DNA of 64,000 nucleotides, taken from assembly GCA_963800555.1 (NCBI GenBank), contig CAWDBH010000006.1, positions 5,851-69,850 of the forward strand, written 5' to 3'. Positions 58,301 to 64,000 of the stretch are shown here, piece by piece (position 1 is the first letter of the stretch; each line of letters begins with the position of its first letter). Below the pieces are notes generated by a model, which was not told the DNA's origin, did no database searches, and saw only the letters and a program-made list of their open reading frames with translations. This DNA is from an uncultured Candidatus Micrarchaeota archaeon. GTDB taxonomy: Archaea > Micrarchaeota > Micrarchaeia > Anstonellales > Bilamarchaeaceae. Made by a program: the position numbers and the translations under genes.

Positions 58301-61071
58301 TGTCCAACTACCCGTATCGCGCGAACGAGAGCTATCCGGACGACGCAACCCATGACGCATACCTGTCCATATGGGACACGCGCAGCTACAAGCCGAGCCC
58401 GCCGGATTCGACCGGAGGCTCGCTGCCATACTCCACCGGAAATATGGTGTACAACAACTCCGTCGTAGGCTCGACCGCCAGCACGGGGCTCTACCTGGAC
58501 TATGAATCAGACACGCAATTGCTGGACAACAACATATCCGGAGTCTTATACGGCATCTATGAAGCGGACTCTTCGGATGTCCTCGCTGACAGCAATTCCA
58601 TGCATGGGATCGCTGGGAACGCTTTCTACCTTACCAATAATGAAGGGTCCGGAGTCACCAACAACACGATCGACAACTCCACGATAGGGATATATGTCGA
58701 TGACGACAGCAGCGACCTCATCTCGGGCAACAGCTTATCGAACGTGATCAGCGGCATCAGCCTCACGGACGGGACCGATTCGGATACTGTCTCAGGCAAC
58801 TCCGTGAGCGCGAGCGGCACCGCTACGACGTTCGACTATCCTTACGATGTGGCATACGGCCCTGACGGCTACGTCTATGTGGCAGACAGGGACAACTGCG
58901 TCATAGAGCGGGTGAATCCGACGACATCCGAGACAGACATAGTCGCAGGGCAACCCCAGGATTGCGACTATGAGGAAGGCACGGGCTCCAGCGCGCTCTT
59001 CGATTACCCCGGAGCGCTCGCTTTCGGGCCTGACGGCACCCTCTACATCGCAGACAACTGCATGGTTAGGGAGATGAACATCACGACGTACCAGACGTCC
59101 CCCGTCGCAGGAAGCACGAGTTGCGGCTATCAGGAGGGCATAGGCTCCGCTGCGCATTTCGAAGATTCATACGGCCTCGCGTTCGGGCCTGACGGCTACC
59201 TCTACGTGGCGGATACGGACAACACCGTCATACGGAGGATCAATCTGACGACCGACGAGACGTCCTTGGTGGCGGGTCTCCACGGCAGCCATGGCTATCT
59301 GGAAAACGCCACCAACGGCTCCAATGCCCGGTTCGACTACCCGACGGCCCTAGCTTTCGGGCCCGACGGCTACCTCTACGTGTCAGACAGCGAAAACGGC
59401 ATGATAAGGAAGATCAACGTCACGACCACCGGAACATACTACGTGGGTGGGGCTTGGGGTTGCGAATACTTCCAAGGCGTCTACAACGCGTCTTACCTCT
59501 GCGTCCCGGAAGGCCTGGCTTTCGGCCAGGACGGTTATCTTTACCTAGCCGATAGCGACAACTTCCTGATCAAGAAACTGAACACCACCACGGGTCAGAT
59601 ATATATCGTGGCCGGGAACCCGAACACGTATTATGCCGAAGGCATCGGTTCCAACGCCAGCTTCTATTACCCGCAAGGCCTCTCAGCCGGTTCCGGCAAT
59701 ACGATATATCTCGCGGACACAGACAACAACCGCATCCGGAGCATCGACACGGCCACGGACCAGACCTCGCTCGTAGCCGGGAACGGATATGAGGGATACA
59801 TATTCGGTTATCAGCAATCGGCGCTGCTGCTGCAGGACACGGGAGACGATACCATAGCGAACAACACGTTCGGCTCCCAGATGCCTGTCGTGAACCTGCT
59901 TGATTCAGGTGACAACCTCTTCGTGAACAACACGCTGTCTTCCACGTCTTCGGACCTCCTTACCGTGGATTCGGAATCTGGTGATAACACCTTCTACTGG
60001 AACACCTTCGGAGACACGAGCGGGCTCTACGTCAACGATTCGGACGGCGGAAACGCCTATGATTCCGAAACCCCGTCAGGCACCGATGAGGGCAACATCT
60101 GGTCCAACGTCATAGGCGGGCAGGTGATCATCAACGGCTCCGCGCCTTCGACCGGATTCCCGGATTATTTCGTCGGGACCTTCGGAAGCGGCTATCCATA
60201 CAGCGATGCCACTTCGCAGGGCAAGACCATCGGAGTGACCGACAACGCCCCGCTGACCGCCGTGGGAGGGACACAAGTAGTATATCAAAGCTCGGGCACG
60301 CAACACCAGACGGAGACGGTGGCCTGGACCACATCGTTCAACTGCACGAGCGGCGTGCTCACGGCCACGGGGGCGTCAGGCCTCGAGGTGATGCTGTTCC
60401 AGCCGACTGGCGCGTACACGGATACCGAGCTATCCGGCCAGAACGGAGTCGCCACGTTCAGGGTGCCATCGAGCGGGCAATACGAGCTGAACCAGCCATC
60501 ATCAGGGGATTACCTGTCATACACATCGGATCCGATGGACCTGGAGCTCTGCTCCCAGCCGGTGGTCAACGTGACCGTCCCGATGAATAATACCCCGCCC
60601 CAGAACACGACCATCCCGCCAACCAACAGCACCCAGACTCAGAATAACGAGTCCATCACCGGGCAAAACAGCAGCGCCGGGCAGAACCAGAGCGGAAGCG
60701 GCAATATCACGGCTCCGTCCGGTCCGACGCAATCGGATGCGGCAGAAGCGATCGCAGCGGCAAGCTCGGCGATAAGCGACGCGAGCAACGCAGGGAAGGA
60801 CACAACGGATGCCGAATCCGACCTTAAGCAGGCGCAGGCGGATATGGCGGCCGGAGACTATACCGATGCGATATCCCTGGCCAATAACGCGAAGGAGCTA
60901 GCGGCGAATGCCGCCGCGGCGCCATCGCAGCCATCCTCCCTACCGCCAGTGACGACGACACAGTCCTCGGGCTTCAACTGGATGCTGCTCGGGGGCATAG
61001 TGCTGATAATCGTGATAGTCGCCGGGGGAGCGATCCTGCTGCTGCGCGGCGGCAAGAAGCAGAAGAAATGA
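55396..61071 (+). CDS. Giant cell-surface protein: parallel beta-helix (NosD/PbH1) repeats, SCP-x-LY-x-WNG domain, NHL propeller, C-terminal TM
   Basis: Signal MRFAILVLF; YYSDNNTF.DVNASS repeats; F..P.GLAFGPDGYLYVAD NHL repeats; many N-x-S/T sequons; TM plus KKQKK. Confidence 0.88.
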   Translation: MRFAILVLFAALVVGVSYAIPLPTEITSCGTYNTAYTSYYLGASINGSGNCIYLEANRITLDCRGNNITGDGSGTGIIVDTGNNVTVENCNVQDFNDGIDFSNTANDTLLNSNISATAGNGIYLESSSQSVNIFGTSASSQDSDGIYAYYSDNDSFTNINASSSNSAAFQIDDSYNETVTGLNASSGNDIGLVLDYSFNNTITNVQASTPEGEYGVYVFYSDNNTFTDVNASSNYYGIYMDNSAGNTFTGVNVSALYCGIYPYYSDNNTFIDVNASSISTSFYGMYLRYSDNNIISGSWLSSLNDYGLYVDNSADDTIANSTIISTTNVPLELYYSSNNAITNNTLVSVNGNSVLAYIYYNSEYNTFSLNNFTATKSYYIDNNWNEPNYFDATIDGVSQGNIYSNVMDGSDAVSGSVSSSIPGMYVGTDGAVPYQEQSSEYHMYQATDYAPLTPLDDNASVCHVLGTPNSVYTLTEDVRGLSGSTNLACFDVEADNVTIDCMGHSIHGPSNLQYYYNVYGSGVYSEYFNTTVQNCNITNYQNGVYFDDNENGTITQDNFSGDIDGFYLYYSDYDSISNNRMDSNQNGFAVWYSNYNQIYLNSVTNTLTSNYYDESSCPLLYAWNGSSYGFVGDINGPGILSEPMGNGQYRKPTPADYIKINQMQQNGSEYDLQVTEEYNEISYLDQMDLLTVDHAPGISTYPTLVRANQSFFYTVNDSGIQSPVSCESDGQDCLAAIESPDGYYVDGGANDTTSIIVDLGNFSDSGPVKLLLSGYSVWGAVAPVQKSIQVLGTDGKWVNAYSGSQLSRPTGFPRTYVIDLTGKFQTSNHTVNITFDAASFDYVAVDTSQQQPLTVTSHNVSSADLEYRGYSVAANGPVPYPDYYSLTNSTSFPDASGNFTRYGDVTSLLGSADDEYVIINHGDQMSVSFPYSQVPGGDVREFYLYSYGYYKPRQDLYGDSVAPLPFTGMSNYPYRANESYPDDATHDAYLSIWDTRSYKPSPPDSTGGSLPYSTGNMVYNNSVVGSTASTGLYLDYESDTQLLDNNISGVLYGIYEADSSDVLADSNSMHGIAGNAFYLTNNEGSGVTNNTIDNSTIGIYVDDDSSDLISGNSLSNVISGISLTDGTDSDTVSGNSVSASGTATTFDYPYDVAYGPDGYVYVADRDNCVIERVNPTTSETDIVAGQPQDCDYEEGTGSSALFDYPGALAFGPDGTLYIADNCMVREMNITTYQTSPVAGSTSCGYQEGIGSAAHFEDSYGLAFGPDGYLYVADTDNTVIRRINLTTDETSLVAGLHGSHGYLENATNGSNARFDYPTALAFGPDGYLYVSDSENGMIRKINVTTTGTYYVGGAWGCEYFQGVYNASYLCVPEGLAFGQDGYLYLADSDNFLIKKLNTTTGQIYIVAGNPNTYYAEGIGSNASFYYPQGLSAGSGNTIYLADTDNNRIRSIDTATDQTSLVAGNGYEGYIFGYQQSALLLQDTGDDTIANNTFGSQMPVVNLLDSGDNLFVNNTLSSTSSDLLTVDSESGDNTFYWNTFGDTSGLYVNDSDGGNAYDSETPSGTDEGNIWSNVIGGQVIINGSAPSTGFPDYFVGTFGSGYPYSDATSQGKTIGVTDNAPLTAVGGTQVVYQSSGTQHQTETVAWTTSFNCTSGVLTATGASGLEVMLFQPTGAYTDTELSGQNGVATFRVPSSGQYELNQPSSGDYLSYTSDPMDLELCSQPVVNVTVPMNNTPPQNTTIPPTNSTQTQNNESITGQNSSAGQNQSGSGNITAPSGPTQSDAAEAIAAASSAISDASNAGKDTTDAESDLKQAQADMAAGDYTDAISLANNAKELAANAAAAPSQPSSLPPVTTTQSSGFNWMLLGGIVLIIVIVAGGAILLLRGGKKQKK

Positions 61072-61095
61072 TTTTTTTATTTTTTATTTATTATT
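61072..61095 (+). terminator. T-rich archaeal terminator
   Basis: TTTTTTTATTTTTTATTT immediately after the stop. Confidence 0.55.
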
Positions 61096-61236
61096 GCGGG
61101 TTATGATAGGCAATAATTATTGCTGGTTATGTTCCACAATATAATAGAACTTCATGATGCCTAAGTGCGGATTGATTCCGTCCATTCCAATTCTGTTTTT
61201 GGAAACTCTATTAAACGTACTTCCAGATTGATTATC

Positions 61237-61617
61237 ATGCTGAAGTACCTCTCAAGAGATCAAATTATCGTTATTCACGACCGGATAATAGAATCTTTCA
61301 GCAAGGAAAAAGGGGACATGAGTCTCGGAAACCTTGAGGCAACGTTGGAAAGAGTTGAAGGGTATCAAGGAGAGGATAAAAACGCGTTATTCTGGAAGGC
61401 CGCCATTCTCCTAGAAAGGATTGTTCTTGGCCATCCATTTATAGACGGCAATAAGAGAACCGCCTACGAAGTGTCTAAGATTTTTCTTCAGGCAAATAAG
61501 TTCACATTGAAAGCCGAAGAAGATGAAGTAATCAATTTGCTCGTCGGAATCGCAAAATCCAAGAAAAACAGATATTCTATCAAAGCATGGCTTGAGGAGC
61601 ATTCCAAGAAGACTTAA
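61237..61617 (+). CDS. doc: Doc family toxin
   Basis: YLS...I..IHD.II start; HPFIDGNKRTA. Confidence 0.9.
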   Translation: MLKYLSRDQIIVIHDRIIESFSKEKGDMSLGNLEATLERVEGYQGEDKNALFWKAAILLERIVLGHPFIDGNKRTAYEVSKIFLQANKFTLKAEEDEVINLLVGIAKSKKNRYSIKAWLEEHSKKT

Positions 61618-61642
61618 AAACAGTTTTGAGGTAATCCAAACC

Positions 61643-61756
61643 ATGGCAGAAGGAAAAAAGAAGGAAAATTATATACCTACTTCATTGCTACTGAAATTGC
61701 TGGAGAAAAACCTTAAGGAAGATAAGAATCTTCTAGCCAGATTGCACTATCTCTGA
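61643..61756 (+). CDS. 37-aa peptide, candidate Doc antitoxin (below the ORF-track cutoff)
   Basis: GAGGT upstream; MAEGKKKENYIPTSLLLKLLEKNLKEDKNLLARLHYL. Confidence 0.6.
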   Translation: MAEGKKKENYIPTSLLLKLLEKNLKEDKNLLARLHYL

Positions 61757-61757
61757 T

Positions 61758-62945
61758 TCAAAGTCTTTTCAGGGATTGCCATATTGAGGAGAGCAGCCCG
61801 CCAGACTCGGCCGGTTCTTCCGAATGCAATACGCCGAGCAGCTGGTCTATCTCCTTGAGCTCAGCTTCCATGTCCGCTTTCGGGTATCTGGATAACTCAG
61901 CCTTCCTCTTATCTATCCGAAGGGACTTCTCGTACTCCTCCTTGTCGGAGAGCTTGTCTTTCCTGAGCTCCCGTATCCGCTCCACGACCGCTTTCGCGCT
62001 GCCGATGTTCTTCTCATAGAAAGCTAGGATGCTCTCGTCCTTGTCATCCACCGCGAGGAACGGGGTCTGTTTCAATGCGCTCAGGGTCTCGAAAAAGCTC
62101 CTGCTCCCGAGCACGGCCTTCTTGAACCTGCTGGTCTCGGGGCAAACATGCGAAAGCTTCTTCTCGCTGAAGCCGAAGGATTCGCAGAGCTGCTTCGCAT
62201 CCCATCTCCCGATCTCCGGATAATCGATGAAGAATTTCGCCAGGCCCGCCATCTCCTCCTTCCCCGGGAACTCGCTGAAATAATTTTCCGGGGAATGCTT
62301 CCCTATCTCCTTGAGGAGCTCGACGACCGGCATGGACAGGAGGGAATCGATGTAATCCTCCCTGATGGCCTTGAGCTTATCCAGGCTCTCCATGAGCTCC
62401 GCGTACCTTCGGGCCTTCCCGGCATCGACCGGGGTCCTCTCCAGCTCAGATACCTCTGCCATTACCTTCTCTATCTTGATCCTCTCCCTTTTGAGGGACG
62501 CATCCTTCTCCTCCAGCTCCTCCTTCGCTTTCTCGTATCTCCCCTCGGTCTCCATTAGCTCTTCGAAATACGCGAATTCGTTTTTCGCCGCGGGCATCTT
62601 GTTCAGCTTGATGAACTTCACGGCCTGGATGAACCGTTTCCCCTCTTCTTTCGGGACGTTCCCCTTCTCGAACTCGGCCGCCACTTCCTCTTCGAAATGG
62701 CCGAGCTCCTTGGATAGCTCGAATCCTTTCTTGACGATCCGCATCCGGGTCATGATGGCCGGATTCCACAGGCTCTTCTCCCTTTGCGTGGTAGCCTCTA
62801 TATCCCCGATCAGCCCCTTGAGCTTCCCGGCCAATCGGAGGACCGTGGGGCGCTGGCGCTCATCGATTCTCCCTACCCGCTTCTCTAGGGCGAGCAGCTC
62901 TCTTTTCAGGCTGACGATATCATCTGCGCTGCCCATTCTGCTCAT
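61758..62945 (-). CDS. Hypothetical coiled-coil protein
   Basis: 395 aa, E/K-rich helical. Confidence 0.75.
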   Translation of the reverse strand: MSRMGSADDIVSLKRELLALEKRVGRIDERQRPTVLRLAGKLKGLIGDIEATTQREKSLWNPAIMTRMRIVKKGFELSKELGHFEEEVAAEFEKGNVPKEEGKRFIQAVKFIKLNKMPAAKNEFAYFEELMETEGRYEKAKEELEEKDASLKRERIKIEKVMAEVSELERTPVDAGKARRYAELMESLDKLKAIREDYIDSLLSMPVVELLKEIGKHSPENYFSEFPGKEEMAGLAKFFIDYPEIGRWDAKQLCESFGFSEKKLSHVCPETSRFKKAVLGSRSFFETLSALKQTPFLAVDDKDESILAFYEKNIGSAKAVVERIRELRKDKLSDKEEYEKSLRIDKRKAELSRYPKADMEAELKEIDQLLGVLHSEEPAESGGLLSSIWQSLKRL

Positions 62946-63262
62946 CGCTTCTCGCTTTTCTGGGCCTCTTTGGCCGCCGGCTCTTTCGAGGATTTGTCCA
63001 TGACGAACGCTATGACCACATAGAAGAGAACTGCCAGGATGACCAGGTTAGCTGCGCCGCCTATGAGGCCGAAACCCCCCGTGCGCGCGGCTCCAGCCGC
63101 TCTCCCTGCCATGCCAGACACATTCCCGGCGTAGCTCCCGCCCTGGGGTTGCATGGCGAACCTGGATACCAGGCCGGAGATGAAGCTCCCAAGATAGCTA
63201 GCGACAAGTAGCGCCCCTGTGCCTATCAGGTTCCATTTGTTGGGTTTGAGAAATGATGCCAT
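62942..63262 (-). CDS. Small 2-TM membrane protein
   Basis: MASFLKPNK start, two TMs with a Gly-rich loop. Confidence 0.7.
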   Translation of the reverse strand: MASFLKPNKWNLIGTGALLVASYLGSFISGLVSRFAMQPQGGSYAGNVSGMAGRAAGAARTGGFGLIGGAANLVILAVLFYVVIAFVMDKSSKEPAAKEAQKSEKR

Positions 63263-63266
63263 ATGA

Positions 63267-63707
63267 TCATCCGCTGCCGTTCTGGGTTGGGTGGTGGATC
63301 CCATGCCATTTATTGAACTGGCCCAATCCGACCGTGTCGTTCATGCCGAGCTCTCGGCGGAGGTCGCTCCCCAACTTCATTATCTGCGAATACTGCGCGA
63401 ATGTCGACTCATTCAGGCAGCCGAACATCCTGCCGCCCAGCCCATATTCGCTATGGAGCTGCCGCGCTTCCGAATAATTGCCGTCCATGACCGCCTGCTT
63501 GAACTCCTGGATACCGGTCGCGTTGAACGTCGAATTAGTCATGTTGCAGCGACTGCCCATCATGTTCGGTCTGTGCGCCGTGACGTTCCTGCTCCAGTTT
63601 CCATGCCATGTCGCGTTCATATAGCCGTTGTAGATGCTCGGCATAGCTACTGCTAGCCCGACGAGGGTTACCAATACCGCAACGACCGCTAATATCTTCA
63701 GATCCAT
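63267..63707 (-). CDS. Exported hypothetical protein
   Basis: Signal peptide MDLKILAVVAVLV; multiple N-x-T/S sequons. Confidence 0.7.
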   Translation of the reverse strand: MDLKILAVVAVLVTLVGLAVAMPSIYNGYMNATWHGNWSRNVTAHRPNMMGSRCNMTNSTFNATGIQEFKQAVMDGNYSEARQLHSEYGLGGRMFGCLNESTFAQYSQIMKLGSDLRRELGMNDTVGLGQFNKWHGIHHPTQNGSG

Positions 63708-63773
63708 AGCTGTCCAGCCTCTCATTTCTGTAATGCTAATGTAACTTTAATGTAGTATTTGTTTATATAACTA

Positions 63774-64000
63774 TCATTTCTCAAGCCGCTTGTCCCCGTC
63801 GTCGAATCTTATCTGCACGTGCGTCCCGTCGCAGAACGGCTTGTTCTCGGATTTCCCGCACCTGCAGAGCGTGATGCGGTTCCTTATCTCGTACACCGTC
63901 CCGTCGGACGATTGGACCGGGACCTTGCCCTTCACCCAGATCGGCCCGCTCGCATGCGCTCCGGGATCCTCGATGATGCTTATGGACTGCGGGAATTCCG
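63774..64000 (-). CDS. CDGSH iron-sulfur domain protein (3' part only)
   Basis: Minus-strand translation SGPIWVKG...RITLCRCGKSENKPFCDGTH...LEK*. Confidence 0.9.
   Translation of the reverse strand, partial: EFPQSISIIEDPGAHASGPIWVKGKVPVQSSDGTVYEIRNRITLCRCGKSENKPFCDGTHVQIRFDDGDKRLEK

Overview
Archaeal window, most consistent with a DPANN lineage such as Micrarchaeota (inferred from archaeal TATA-type promoters, A/V-type ATPase, short XPF, LonB-type ATPase, COG1361 proteins and small tightly packed genes). Left part: a Zn-finger/Cys-repeat membrane protein, an M1 aminopeptidase, two efflux operons each ending in a COG1361 gene, lemA/DUF2207, an ABC exporter, carbamate kinase plus OTC, and an AAA-PD(D/E)XK protein. 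Middle: a ~10 kb block carrying a frameshifted CLC, an ACT protein and a divergent, shrunken, bidirectionally arranged A/V-ATPase with a triple-hairpin c subunit, bracketed by a 5' remnant and an intact copy of an amino-acid permease. It is followed by a ~1740-aa frameshifted membrane protein with a C-terminal HD-GYP-like domain, facing four tandem HEAT-like paralogs. Next come a protease-less Lon-type ATPase with a tandem structured non-coding element upstream, a PIN/XPF/beta-CASP cluster, and tRNA-His followed by Fic-gene cassettes separated by ~100-135-bp repeats that end in the tRNA 3' end. Right part: dsbB, a giant beta-helix/NHL surface protein, Doc with an unannotated 37-aa partner, and a partial CDGSH protein. 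All calls come from motif recognition by eye; no searches were run.
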